Assembly (NCBI GenBank): GCA_905178155.1
Contig: CAJINV010000003.1
Location: forward strand, 816,517-880,516
DNA length: 64,000 nt
Source: Amoebophrya sp. A120
Taxonomy: Eukaryota; Protista; Dinoflagellata
Direction: 5' to 3'
Shown here one piece after another: positions 36,101-48,110 of the stretch (position 1 is the first letter of the stretch; every line of letters begins with the position of its first letter). The notes below the pieces were generated by a model. That model worked only from the letters and a program-made list of their open reading frames with translations. It was not told the DNA's origin and did not search any database. Position numbers and translations under genes: made by a program.

Positions 36101-39100
36101 GGCTTTGTATCGTTTTCGCCGTCCTCGTTCCAGCCAGATAAAGACGGCCCTTCATCAGATGGAGCGCCGTCCTACCCTTCGACGGGCTTGCTGCAAGGCA
36201 AGAAAACGAGGCGCCCCCCAGACGACACTGTCGCGGGCGGTGTCCCCGCCTCCGGCCTTGCAGGTCGGCAACGCGCACCACAATCCGCCACGACAGACGA
36301 GAGCACCCCCTTCACGGGCTGCACTGTGCTGCTGTGGCGGTTTTTGGTGCGAACCCTTCCGCCGATGCTATGGCCTTCCCACCAAAATCCGCCAGAGCAG
36401 CACAGTGCACCCCCTTGAAGCACCCCGTTGCGGCACCCCGTCACACGGGCGGCTCAAAAAATCCGGCCGAAGGTTTCAGGGAGCCGGCCAGGATTCTCTC
36501 GCGTAAGTCGTTTAAGATAGGAACCAAACAAATACGCCTCCCCAGCCTTTTCGCGGAGAACCGGCGGCGCCAGTCAGTTGGCCGGGCCAGTGCGTCACCG
36601 AGAGAAGGGCCCTCAAGGCTACAAACCTCCCCCCCTTAGTCCTAGACCGGATTTGATACCTGACGCGCAATAGCTAACATTGCGCGCCGAACTTGCCTAG
36701 TCGGAAAGAAATGGAGCCTGGGCCTGGTTCTGGGATCGGAATGGAAGAGACAGGGGCGGCGCCCTGACACCGCAGGGCCGGATGTGCCTGTGGTAAGTTT
36801 CTTGATTTGAGCAGGCCGTCGACATGGCCGTGTTGCGGTGTCGGATGCGGAGGCCATCCGCAGGCCCACCTTCCCGCTCTACCCGTCCCGGCGAGGCAGG
36901 ACGCGTTGCAACGTCCTTGCGTCAGCTTGAGCACCCGTCTTGGCGAGCCCACTCGGAAAAGAAAAATTTTGAAATTTTGGCTGTGGTGCATTTTTTCCTT
37001 CGATACTTGTTGATGACCACGTCCACGACGTCGACCTGCTGGCCCCACTGCACCGTTTGTTGCTTTTTTCTTTGCACTTGATGTAGCTGATGGCAATGAT
37101 AATGACTGACTTGCTGTTGCTCTTGAAGATGCATATAATGCAAAATATCTCTTACCGCTACCGCATTTCTTGTCGGACTGCAAATACCCAGGCCGAGAGC
37201 TTCAAGGGCCCTGAATTTGTGAAGTTGTCCAACAGCGAAGCCGCTTTGCGGAAGGAACTGAACCAGCTGAAGGAGCACCTTCCGGAGGTGGAAGAAGACC
37301 TGCGACGCGTATAAAAGCCTCAGGTTGGAAATCCTCAAAGTGGAAATAATTTGTAATGCAAAAAAACGACTCCAGTTGAAGCGCCATTTCTAGTCGGCGC
37401 ATGACAAATTTTCCGCGCACTCAAAGCATGTCTGTCATGCTAGATAGGCAAAGGGGTGCCCTTCTCGCGTGCTAATCAGCAGCCCAATTCTGAACCTCTA
37501 GCAGGACGATAATCGGTCTCCGTGGTGTCCTCTGCAATGCAGTCTTTTTTGCCGTGCATTTCATGCATCACAAATTATTTCCACTTTGAGGATTTCCATT
37601 CTGAGGCTTTCATAGTGCGAGAAGGCCAAGTACAGCAAGTCCCAGATGGAGATCCAGCAGCTGCACGCGTCCGTGAGGCAGCAAACGGAGGACTTGGAGA
37701 AGCGGAAGGCTGAGACGGAGCAGGAGAAGAGAAACGCGCTGCAAGTTGTGCAACAGGAGCGACTGAGGCATAACGACACGAAAAATCAGCTGACGCAAGC
37801 GACCCAGGAGATTGCGAGCCTGAAGGACCAATGCCAAAAAACGGAGCAGCGGGCGGTCGCTGCGGAATCTGGTGCTACGCAAAAAGACGCGAGCATGCAG
37901 GAGCTGCGAGCGTCGCAGGCAGCGGAAGTCGAGGACCTGAAGCAGAAGCACCAGGCGTATGTAAAGAGCGTGACTGACAAATACAAATCGCAGTTTGAAG
38001 CTGTGAAGAAAAAAGCCGAGGAATGGAAAGAAAAGTACGACCTGTCAAGCAACGTCACCGACCGGGAATTGGAGACCATTGTCTACGTACTTACTTACTA
38101 TACCATTCAGCAGTTTGAGTTTCGTCTACTTTATTTCCAAAAAAATTTCATCTGCGACATTTCTTCGTCATTTTTCTCGATCACGTACGAAGTTCTCAGT
38201 GTGTAAGTAGCATAGCAGACAAAACGAAAAAAAGTAATAGCCGTGCGGTAGTTGTACTTGTAGCACTAGAAGTTCTACTTTGATCGTATTTCTGGACAAC
38301 TGGTGTGGGCAGCACCACCAGGCTTCACGTTTAATATACGGAATTGAGCACCTTTGACTTTGTTCGTTCCATACGTGGCCCTTCTCCCTCGATGTTGTAG
38401 TTGATAATTTGCAATGCAAATAAATCACACCAGGCCAAGGAGCTAACAGACAAGCTGAAAGACGCGGCTTTGGTGCAGCAAAAGCAGGCGGCCAAGGTGG
38501 CTGGTTTGGAACAGGAGAAGACGAAAACCACGGCTCGCATCACGGAGCTCGAGGCTGCCGTTATGCATTGCAAATATCTCTGGGTCTGGAATGTTGCAAC
38601 TTGTGATGCGCATTTCACAACACAGACAAATCTCTCATGCATAGGCAGCAAGAGATGTCCATTTTCTGTCACCAAAGTGGGGGATTTGTCATGCGGATTA
38701 AGGAGCAATGGCAATGCAGCGGAAGCTTCTCAAATCTGTGATGCTAGAGCTTCCATGACAGACATTCTGTGTCATGCAAAAGCAGCATGACTCTTCCAGA
38801 CCCAGACATATTTGCACTCGATAGCCGTCGCGGGCGAGCAGGAAAAGCTGCGGGTGGCCGCGGAGAAGCACGGCAAGGCGGCGGAGGACTGGGCACTATG
38901 CATTGCAAAAGTATCGTACTAGTATAAATTGCATCACAAATTTTTTCAAAAGGAAAAATGCATTTTGTAATGCTGATTTACCTAAAAAGGGATGTTTGTC
39001 ATGCACGATAGCAATTAGTACGAGTACGATACTTTTGCACAGGATAGGCGCAGAAGCGGGCTGATTTCGAGAAGAAACTGAAGTCCAGCGAGGGCGACAC

Positions 39101-42100
39101 GGAGCGCGAAAAGCTGCTCTCGGAGCGGCTGCAGACCGAGAAGGACACCCTGACGGCCGAGGTCGCGAAGCTGAAGCAGCGCGGCGAGCAGCTGCAGCAG
39201 ATGGTACGAGAGTTTGCACAACTCGTCCCCCTCCCCCTCCTTTGTCTTGCCTAGTGTAGAAGTACTGTTTGAGCTTGTTCCGGAATCTGTGATGCAAACA
39301 GGAGTCCCACAGGGAAGCACTTGGTCTTGGTCTTGGATATGGATTTGTGGTTTTGCATGAGAAATGAGTCTGAGGGGGGGTTTTGCACTTTCATAGATGT
39401 ATTTGGAGCAGCAGAATTCCCTGGCCGCCGCTGGGGAGCAGGGGCACCAGGCGAGCAAAATCGCCGACCTAGAGCAGGAAAAGCACGAGCTCGAGCGGAA
39501 ACTCACCCGTTTGGAAGAGCGGGTGACCAGCATGACGAACCAGATCCAGAAACTGCAGAGCGAAAATGAAGCGGAACTGACGAAAATGCGGGAGGACCAC
39601 AAAACCGCCCTTGTGCAAAGGGCCCAGGAACACACGAAGGAGCTCAAGAAAGCCACCGAAATGTATGAGAACGAAAAGCAGACCCTGGTGCGGGAAAAAC
39701 AGGAGATGGGCCAGGATATGACGAAAAACATAAAGGATTCGGTCATCGCCTGCGAGGAGGAGCGGCTTACCAAAGAGTACGAAGCAAGGCTGGACGACCG
39801 AAAAAAAGAGCTGGAAGCCGAGAATGAGCAGGAACTGAGCGCCGCGAAGAAACGATACCACGAAGAAGCCGAGCAGCTGAAAGAGAAGTTGCAGCAGGAG
39901 ACCGAAAATTTGCGGGAAAAGCTCAAAGAGCGCGAGGCGAACGCGCTGCAAGCGAAGAAGGACGATTTGGTACACCAGAACGAGGAGCACCAGAAGAAAG
40001 TCGAAAAGGAATTCGCAGACAAGAAAGCCGCGTTGGAAGCGGAGGCGGAGAGAAGGAGAGCCGAATTGGAAAAAGAATTCGCTAAGAGGTCGGAGGAGCT
40101 GGATGCAAAATTCAAGGACATGGAATCGAAGCTGCGAGCAGCCCTTGCAGAAGAAAAACAAATGTTCGAACAAACTTGCGAAGGCAACGTGCGCGCCAAG
40201 CTCAAAGCAGAACTCGACGCTCTGGAGGCGAAAAAGACGGAAGTGGCAGGGGAAGAAAAAGCCATGCAGGAGAACCGGGCGAAACTGCAGACCGAAACAG
40301 AAACACTGCAGAAGGCGCAGGAGAAACTGGAGCAAGAGACGACAGCGGTGAAAGCGCGCGAAGTTACCGTGCAACAAAAGTCTGACACGTTCGAAGTAGA
40401 GCTCAAGGCGAAGTACGAAAAACTCTGCCAGGAGCGCGATGCGGCGGAAGTGATGCTGAAGAAGCAGATCGAGCAGGAGCGCAAACTGCTTGCGGAAAAG
40501 GAGCAAAAGTTGGAAACCCAGTTGGAGACCGAAAAGGCGAAGCTCAAGGCCGAGCACGAACAGCAGCGGAAAATTTTATCGACGGAGTTTGAGACCAAAA
40601 AGAGCGCCTTGGAGAACGAGTTCAAGAGGAAGGAGCTCGAATTGGAAAACGAGGTCGCACAGCGAAAAAGCACCCTGCAGGCAGACAACGACAAGCAGCT
40701 TGCTTTCGAAAGTCAACGGCAGCAGAAAGCAGGCGAGGCGGAGCTGGCCGAGCAGCGAGTGGTGTTGGAGGACGAATTCCGGGCGAAGCAAGAAGAGCTG
40801 CAGCAAGAGAAGCAAAGGGAAAAACAGCAGGAGCTCGAGGAAGAGCGCACGCGGCTTCGCGTCGAGGTGTTCGAAAATGCCGACGCCGAGACCAAGCAAG
40901 CACTCGCTGAGGCAACGGAAGCCACGCGGGCGGCGGAGGAGGAGCGAGACCAGAAGGCCCTTGTGGCGGAAAAAAACAAGATACAGTACATGAACGTGGG
41001 CGAATACTGCTTCAAACAGCTCAAGCCGTTCGCCATCCAGCTGGCGGCCAAGGAGGGGAAGCAGCTTCCGGCTTGGAAAAAGATGACCCCCACTGAAATC
41101 ACTGAACAAGCCCAGCAGAATCTTCTGGCAGCCGCGTCAGTAGCAGCAGCAGCAGCCGCAGCATCCAAAGCAGGAGGAGCATCTACAACAACCGGGAACG
41201 CCACGCCGGGGGGACCCTCCGCTGCGACGAAATCCGCCGGACCTGCATCATCCTCGTCAACTGCCGCTGCGGCCGCACGGACTCCTCCAGCCTTTGCGGT
41301 CGCCCCGGCGAGCAGATGTCTCGGCGGTGGTGGAGGAACCGCTGGCGGCTCCTCGTCCTCTTCCTTTAATCCGGCGGCCCGCGGTGGAACAGCGATTCCA
41401 GGCTCTGGCTCGTCCGGAGTACTAAAAATTCCTTCGGAGCAGAACAACAAGCGGGCAAGTGAAGCTGCAGACCCAACAACCACCGCGGGTGGAAGTACAA
41501 TGGGAGCCGCAGCTGCAACGGAAAATACAAGTGCAAAACGCGCCAAAATTGACGTTGCGCCACCTGCAGCAGCTTCTGGCTCTGCCGGCACGACAACCTC
41601 CAGCACAAATAACGACCAAAAGCAGGTTGCTAATATTACTGCCTCCTCCTCATCTGCTCCGGCAGTGGCCGCGTCGTCTTCAGTAATAAACGCGGCTGCT
41701 GGAGGTGCACCCGGTACAACTACCTCTACGACAGCACAAATGTCCTCTTCCTCGGTAAAAATGGAAACAAAGGCCGTGGATGGCAAGGTGGTCGCAGCGA
41801 GCGTGCAAGCGCAACAAGTTCGGGTCACCCCTGAAGGCCAGGTCTTCGCACAGCAGACCAGTTCTACGTTCAGTGCCAGTGGCGGCGTAGCTGGTGTGGC
41901 ACAAGAACAGCTCCTCGGTCGTGCAGGAGGACCAGGGGGACCAGGAGCCGATGTCTCAACAACGCCAGCGAGTTCATCAACTGCAGGAGCTAACGCAGCT
42001 GGTGTTGCCCAGAACATCACCATGATAACCGACGCAAATACCGCGCCTGAGGCTGCAGCCGCAAGAACTGCAGCCGAGATGACCCCAGCACCAGCCGCTG

Positions 42101-43488
42101 ACTCCGCCTCTGGCCCATCTGATCATGCTGGACAACATCCGAAGGTGGAAACGAGAACCGAGGAACACCAGCAAGAAGACGAAGGTCTCGAGCAGGACCA
42201 CGAAGAAGAAGCGGAAGACTTCGGGGGCGATGAAGACGAAGATGCTGATGAAGCTGAGGACAATGCTAACCAACAAGAAGAGGAAGTAGACCCGAAGAAC
42301 CTGGAGGACCAGGAGCAGGCCGCTTCAGGAGCAGAACAAGGGCAACGGGAAGCTGATGAAGTCGATGAAGAGCACGACAATGAGACTGGTGCTGATCTCA
42401 ATCCTGAACAACAGTTGTCACCTGCTGATGGTGATGAGGATGTTGACATGAATCAGCAAGAAAACCAGTTGGAGGCCGCGAACGGAGCCGAGGACGAGCA
42501 GGAGGTTGTCGAGGAAGAGGAGGACGACGACGACATGGAAGTAGGAGTCGAAGAACCTGCCGACGGTGCGCAGAGTGGCGAACAAGTGGACGACGAGGAT
42601 GGAGATGACAATGACAATGACAATATTAGCGACATAACAGACAAGGACGAGGAAATGGACGTCGAGCGAGCTGATGTGGTGGAGGGGAATGATAATGAAG
42701 CGGAAGCAAGTCCGGAAGTTGTAGATGGGGACGTTGTCGTAGAGGAGCAAGATGAAGATGATGAACAGGTAATTCCTGAAGATGAAATCGCGTCGCCTCC
42801 TTCTCCTGAAGAAGAAGGCGAAGGTCAGGCAGCTGCAGCAGTAGAAGAGGACCCCCGCGTGGTAGAAGAAGAAGGAGCAGGGGGAGATGAAGCGGACGGC
42901 GACGGCGCAATGGAAATAAACGACGAAAATGCTACTGCCGCAGTCGCGGAGGAAGAGCATGACCAACCTGTAGCAGACGACGGAGCGGAGCACCAAGGTG
43001 TATCTCCCCCCGTAGTAGAGCATCAAGCCCAGGACGACCGCGATGACCCTGCACGACCAGCACAGGAGGGAGCTGCTGCAACAAGCGAGATTCTGAAGAG
43101 CGGTGACCACCAATTAGCGATAGCCTCGGATGACCCAGAAGTGGAAGAGCAGGCGGGCGACGACGCAGTTGATGAGACGCACCAGGAACTAAAAATGGAG
43201 GATGAAGATGAAAATGTCGTTTTTCACTCCGCCCAAGCCAGTCCAGTTCACCCCGGCAACGGCCCTGTTCAAGTCGGACAAGTGATTATTTGTCCCCTCA
43301 CGGGTGAGGAACTCATCGGTGTGGCCGAAATAACTGACGACGACGAGGATGTTGAGAGCGAGCAGGGCAAGAACGAACAACATGATAATCGTAATCCTAA
43401 TCCTCCAGTCGAAAATGACGCGGTCGCAGCAGCGCAAGATGGTGCCCAAGAACTTCTTGCCGACGCAAACCACGACCAAGTTGAGTAA
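27133..43488 (+). CDS. Very large coiled-coil protein with low-complexity linker and acidic C-terminal tail (TPR/Mlp nucleoporin-like architecture, tentative)
   Basis: E/K/Q/L heptad-rich exons join in frame across 20 introners and several GT-AG introns. The final 4-kb exon (39397..43488) has a KRAKID NLS-like motif and a D/E-rich tail. Confidence 0.7.
27255..27547. mobile_element. Introner family A
   Basis: DR atgca; VNMQ|QESQ. Confidence 0.92.
27614..27924. mobile_element. Introner family H2 (TATGAAAGCCTCAG..TGGAAATCCTCAAAGTGGAAAT TIR)
   Basis: DR tgttc; LNLF|RENE. Confidence 0.93.
27995..28135. mobile_element. Introner family C
   Basis: DR aacag/gacag. Confidence 0.9.
28395..28543. mobile_element. 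Introner family C (its DR happens to supply GT-AG)
   Basis: DR gaagg; ALAK|ELRD. Confidence 0.93.
28599..28849. mobile_element. Introner family A
   Basis: DR tgcac; QKLH|TSET. Confidence 0.92.
28894..29044. mobile_element. Introner family C
   Basis: DR agcag; GNKQ|ELAE. Confidence 0.93.
29192..29514. mobile_element. Introner family J (TATC..AAGGAAAAATCCCCCCTCCCCATAT TIR)
   Basis: DR cgcga; RQVA|SLEH. Confidence 0.92.
29586..29820. mobile_element. Introner family B
   Basis: DR cgacc; AIRD|LQEE. Confidence 0.94.
29883..30146. mobile_element. Introner family A
   Basis: DR caagg/catgg. Confidence 0.9.
30982..31219. mobile_element. Introner family B
   Basis: DR cttca; RHLQ|SLLE. Confidence 0.92.
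31273..31486. mobile_element. Introner family D
   Basis: DR gaaga/gagga; LKED|CRLL. Confidence 0.9.
32416..32565. mobile_element. Introner family C
   Basis: DR ccaga; LIQ|IERI. Confidence 0.92.
32649..32932. mobile_element. Introner family K
   Basis: DR cgacg; RARD|ADLL. Confidence 0.9.
33103..34274. mobile_element. Long (1172 bp) TIR element/intron, family M
   Basis: ~50-bp imperfect TIR (…ACGC(T/C)CGTTAGCAT…GGTGA(A/G)TTTG(C/T)AGTGAATTT); flanked by actagtagc and a 46-bp exon duplication. Confidence 0.8.
35112..35273. mobile_element. Introner family I
   Basis: DR decayed, agcag/ggcaa; EQKQ|QLES. Confidence 0.83.
35505..35666. mobile_element. Introner family C
   Basis: DR gcagc; RVQ|LQDA. 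Confidence 0.93.
35858..37005. mobile_element. 1148-bp insertion in a canonical intron (35803-37191), flanked by a 39-bp perfect direct repeat
   Basis: cttgttgatgaccacgtccacgacgtcgacctgctggcc at 35819-35857 and 37006-37044; GC-rich, degenerate minus-strand coding-like content. Confidence 0.75.
36310..36420. mobile_element. Nested 111-bp MITE-like hairpin
   Basis: ~40-bp inverted repeat (CTTCA..GG.TGCACTGTGCTGCT.TGGCGG.TTTTGGTG); flanking DR cacccc. Confidence 0.7.
37310..37614. mobile_element. Introner family H2, opposite orientation to 27614-27924
   Basis: DR decayed, acgcg/gtgcg; DLRR|EKAK. Confidence 0.9.
38562..38823. mobile_element. Introner family A
   Basis: DR gccgt; EAAV|AGEQ. Confidence 0.93.
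38897..39046. mobile_element. Introner family C
   Basis: DR ggcac/ggcgc; EDWA|QKRA. Confidence 0.92.
39205..39395. mobile_element. Introner family F (degenerate, TAC start)
   Basis: DR gatgg/gatgt; LQQM|YLEQ. Confidence 0.83.
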
Positions 43489-44575
43489 GCACCAACATGT
43501 TCAAGTTCGTGAAAACGACAGACGAATTTACGCAGCACGACATCCAGTTCTACTTCGTGGAGAATGAAAGTGGTGAAATGAAGTCACCTTGGTGTTCGTC
43601 GTCGTCGTCGTGTGGCTAGGTGTACAAGATTTTCTACCCTACCTGTACCTGAACCCTTGCGTCGTGCCACCGACCCCCTGGGCACCGCTCTCCAGACATC
43701 AAATAGCATGCTCTCACAACTACGACCTCCAGTTTTATAGCAAACGACAAGCGCATAAAGACAAATGTCTTCTTTGAGAAAGAGCTAGAAGAAAAAGAAA
43801 AAGCGATGCAAAGAACAAAAGAATCGAATACCAGGCACGTGAGCCGATTTTTGCAACGCAAAGAACCGAGATGACTCGAATATTCTGATGTTCGTCCACT
43901 TCGTAAGTCCAACAGCATGCTGCATCTTCAGTGCAGCAGTGCTCTTGTTGTTGGACAAAAGACTGAGATTTATTGTTATTCCGCGTCTCGTCTCAGTCGA
44001 GAGTCAAGGAAGTAGTTGTGATGGACTCGAGCATCAAGCCGTTTTTGCACCTTTTCGTCAGCGTTCCAACCGTACTCAAATACTTTTACGTGCAGAAGCG
44101 TTCTCATATCGGTAAAGGGCATGGGTGGGCGTGTAGATCGCATGGAAAAGGTGGTGCACAAGCCTATTCTCGTTCTTCTTGCGCATGAAACAAAGCGACA
44201 GATCTGCCTCACTCGTACAGGGCCTCGTGCAAGTGTATTTTTGGCAAGGGTAGCGTTACTCTTACTTCGTCATCGTGATCGTATCCTGGATGGTCATTCG
44301 TTACTGCAAAATGAAAACCGAAAACGAAACCCAGTGCCGTTGCTGTCAATCATACAGATTCGCAACATGTTTCCCGATGCCGGTGAAAACAAGAACACTT
44401 GAGACTTAATATTCACTTTCACACATGATACGGTCATCAAGAACGTGAACGTCACTGATGTTACCAGTACTTTAGTACCAGGTGGATAGCGTCAGAGTCT
44501 CGTTTTTTTGAACGCACTAGCTAAGTGAAACACATTCATCCGGTCGTTTCACCTTAGTTTCGAATTTCCAATGTC

Positions 44576-45356
44576 ATGACCGAAGGGTATCAAGCCACCC
44601 TACGGGCGTCGCCCTCTGCGCCCTCGTTGCTACGAAAGGAGCGGCACTTCAAGGTTGCGGCCAAGGATGCACCGCTGAAGTCGTATTGTTTTTCATTTTC
44701 CTCCATTTTTGTTTGTAATGATGAGCATGGTTGTGGTTGAAATTATACCTCGTCATCATGTTTTCCACTACAGCAGGGCTGCTTTCCTACAGCTCCAGTG
44801 AATTCAATCTACGAAAGATTTCAGCTCATGCTTTCTCGCCAAACGCAAACTACACAGATACTCGTCCCTGGAAGACGATGCGTTGTGGCACTTCTGGGCG
44901 AATCCGGCCTACCAAGCGCATCACATGCAGGCGGGCTTTCTGTCCCGCACCGGTGAATTGGTGGATGTAGACAAATTTCGCCGAAAAATGTACGTCGTCG
45001 AAAAGGAGCTTGCCCTGGCCGCCGAGCTCGACCGCAAGCGCATGAAGGACGCCGATGGTACTACTGTTTTTATTTCTATTTGTCACTGTTTCTGTCTTCT
45101 CTTTGATTGAATCGAAGGTGGAGTACTTAGTTGATGTTGAAAAAGGTGTTTAGCCGGTGACCGATGAAGCAAAAGTCGAAAAGACACGAGAAAACAAATC
45201 CAAATTATCCACCAAACTTCGTCCACTACAGTTCTGCTCGAGCAGAAGAGGAAGATGCGTGAGGCCGAGCGTGCGCAGCGCATTCGGGACCGCGAGGTGC
45301 AGCAGTACGTGCAGGGGGTGCGGGAGAAGCGAAAGGCCATGATGGGAGGGCACTAG
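44576..45356 (+). CDS. Small conserved ciliary-type protein, ERICH3 N-terminal-like, 3 exons
   Basis: GT-AG splicing gives MTEGYQ...FKVAAKDAPLKYSSLEDDALWHFWANPAYQAHHMQAGFLSRTGELVDVDKFRRKMYVVEKEL...MMGGH*, resembling the YNSLxDxHL...HL..GLI.R.G motif. Confidence 0.6.
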
Positions 45357-46739
45357 CATGTCAGTGGCCATGAGAAATGTCAACATTCTTTCATCGAAAA
45401 TGAATATGTGCGGTCTAGATGATCGAAAATGCCTACTTCAGTGAAGTTGAAATGTACAATTGAGACCACGGTAGGTGCCGGAAATTTTTCGTGTAGTTTT
45501 TGCTTCTATTGACGCGTATCAGTTGTATCACCTCTCTTCACTGAAGACCCTGGTCGCTCTGGTAGTGAAAGGGTGCTCAGGAGTTCTTGTACTTGTGATT
45601 GTGCAAGATTTTCATGCTATACGTTTCTTTGTCGTGGTCGTCGTCGTGCTTCCTGTATTTATTGTGCTTTCTTCGCTCTTCAGCTGATGGTGTTGGTGCA
45701 CCAGTTCGGTCTATTAGTAAAGGAAACCGAATAAACTACTCTTCAATGTACATACAACCGTGGCTCGCGAACGCCGAAGAACTTTCGAAATTGTCAAATC
45801 GGGAAATAAAGCAGAAATTGGAGCCGCAGGAGGTCACAGGCGCGTGCGACGACGGCATTATAGTCCCACCGACTCATAATGCAGCTCAATGACAACATCA
45901 TCTAAGGCCATGGATGTCGTCAGTGTTCGAGTGCAGGATGAATCTTCTGGCAAAGGCTTTTAGTTCTGGCCTGACATCTTTCATTCTTTTTCATTGCAAT
46001 CGATAACGAATGATCCCCGGTCGTGCCGGAAAGTGTAAGAAAGTGAAGGAAATGAGATGATCCCGCAAGTTGAGGAGGATCGTCTGATCCATCAAAATCA
46101 AATTATAAATCTATCTAATGGAGCAATAAACTTCATAGCATTTGCGTTGCCATACTAGCCAAGAAGCGAAGGACGTGAACGCGAGTACTACCAGATTTTT
46201 TTCGGTCTGTTAAGTAGCTGTCGAATGAAAGTAAAAGCGTCGGATGTGGAGTTAGGTCGTCGCGTAAGTTGAGTTTACAAACGATATTCTTTTCAGAATC
46301 AGATCCCGGTGAATTGTTCCAAAAGAGATGTACTGAAATTGTGGATCGAAAGATCTTGTAGCTCTTGCTGAACAGCAAGATGCTGTTCTCGCAAAAATTG
46401 AAAAATGATCGTGAGGCTGAGGATGATGATTTTCGGTGTTGATAATGGCTAGGGTCGTTGCTCCTTAACGAATGCAGGATACATACAGAAATTGATCTTG
46501 ATGTTGAAGTGGAGCTCTGCGTACTGAAGGAAATTCACATCGTGACCAAAATAAATACAGCAGGATACTAGCTGCTACTTACCTCCACGTACATATTACT
46601 AGGATAGAAACAGATATTGCGAAGACTTCTGAATCTGAGCACCGCCGCAACGTTAATTCAACAAAGCTATCATACTAGCACTTTATTTTATCAACATTAA
46701 CATTGTTGCTGCTTTCCACTACTTTCATTTAAGTACAGA

Positions 46740-47432
46740 ATGCTTCGCGCCAGCTTGGTTCTTGTACTGCAGGCTTTGTCTCTGCAACACGATGTGTTGA
46801 ATGGGTTCGGGCTGCGTTTGCAGATGCAACCTAGTTCCCCGACTGGTCCTCGCTTAAACGTAAACGGAAGTGGCGGCGTCCAATCCGGAGCGATGTGGTC
46901 GCCTGACGGAAAGACACCGGCCGCCGAGGCGGGAGTAACTCGCACTGCTCCCCCCGCTGGGCGTGTGTTCGTGTCGCCGCAACAGTTAGAAGGTAATGGA
47001 CGGAGAAAAACTCGCGGCCCTCGCGGACGCGGTCAACGGAGGAGCCGGAGCATAGGGATGAGCGCAATTCCTGAAAATTCTGAGTTTCCTCCTGTGGCGA
47101 ACCTTGATAGTGATCATGCTATGTTGCAGCGCCCTCGTGAGGACCCTCCGGCTCAGATGTCGATGGAGATGGAGCAACGCTGCTTGAGTTGCAGCTCCAA
47201 TTCTCGGTGCCGTGAGTGCCTATGTTCGGAGCATACAGCATCTGGCGCCTTTTGTGGAGGAGGCGCTGTTGCGTTTGCGGCAGGGACCATACCAGGTTCC
47301 TGTTGCGGTTGCGGCGCTCTTGCTCCGTTTCTGGGACCATACCAGACGGCTGCTTTTGCTGCTGGAGTAGGCTTTGCCGGCATTGGTTGTGCCCGTATGA
47401 CATATTTGTCTGACCGACGTGGGGAAACTTAA
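46740..47432 (+). CDS. Orphan 230-aa protein with signal peptide and Cys/Gly/Ala-rich hydrophobic C-terminus
   Basis: Single-exon ORF with ATG, starting MLRASLVLVLQALSL; two hydrophobic segments near the C-terminus. Confidence 0.55.
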   Translation: MLRASLVLVLQALSLQHDVLNGFGLRLQMQPSSPTGPRLNVNGSGGVQSGAMWSPDGKTPAAEAGVTRTAPPAGRVFVSPQQLEGNGRRKTRGPRGRGQRRSRSIGMSAIPENSEFPPVANLDSDHAMLQRPREDPPAQMSMEMEQRCLSCSSNSRCRECLCSEHTASGAFCGGGAVAFAAGTIPGSCCGCGALAPFLGPYQTAAFAAGVGFAGIGCARMTYLSDRRGET

Positions 47433-48110
47433 ACCTTAAGTCTGTGGTGCTCTCACGCTCTGCAGTGAAGATCTTCAAGAACCAGCGTGAAAATACTTCT
47501 GTAGTAGTCGCTTGCTGTTGGTATCGACTTTCACAGGACACCAGATAAAGATAATACAAGTCAGTGCGGTGCGTGTGTTGTCTTTTCGTTCTTCTAGAGG
47601 GCTGGCGCACTACAGACCGAACCTTGTCATGTGTGAGTCCAAAAACTTGTGGATATGTCCTGCAGAGGTTCTGAACTATGGGGTGGGTACGTTTTTGTTT
47701 TACATATGACACAAGGACAAGTAAGTACTTTTTGCATGATGTTGGCGCTTACCCCAAATTGAAATTACTTATATAATTTGTTCTTTTGCCAATGCCAACA
47801 GTTGCACAAGGGCGCACCAAGCACGCACGTACAGCAGAACGGCAACGAGAATAGACCCCATCTCCATCTGCGCCTTGTAACTGTAAGAAACCCTTGCAGT
47901 GTGTGAGAGGTAGACGCAGCATTGTCAGTAGTAGTCACCTTTCATCATCGCACCAGAAGCAAGATCTGATTGAGTTTGGAACTTTGTCTTCATGATTCTA
48001 CATCTACTCCACCCTGCTTTAAGTTTGTTGACATCGCTACGACCGTATTGGTACTAGGTATTCCACCCTGCATGAGCATATGCATTCCATCTGTCGCGAC
48101 GTCTTTCTGG

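Noticed and set aside
39015-43113. Long minus-strand ORFs (559, 362, 436 and 231 aa)
   Set aside because: Antisense shadows of the coiled-coil/acidic exon, with S/F/L-rich composition.
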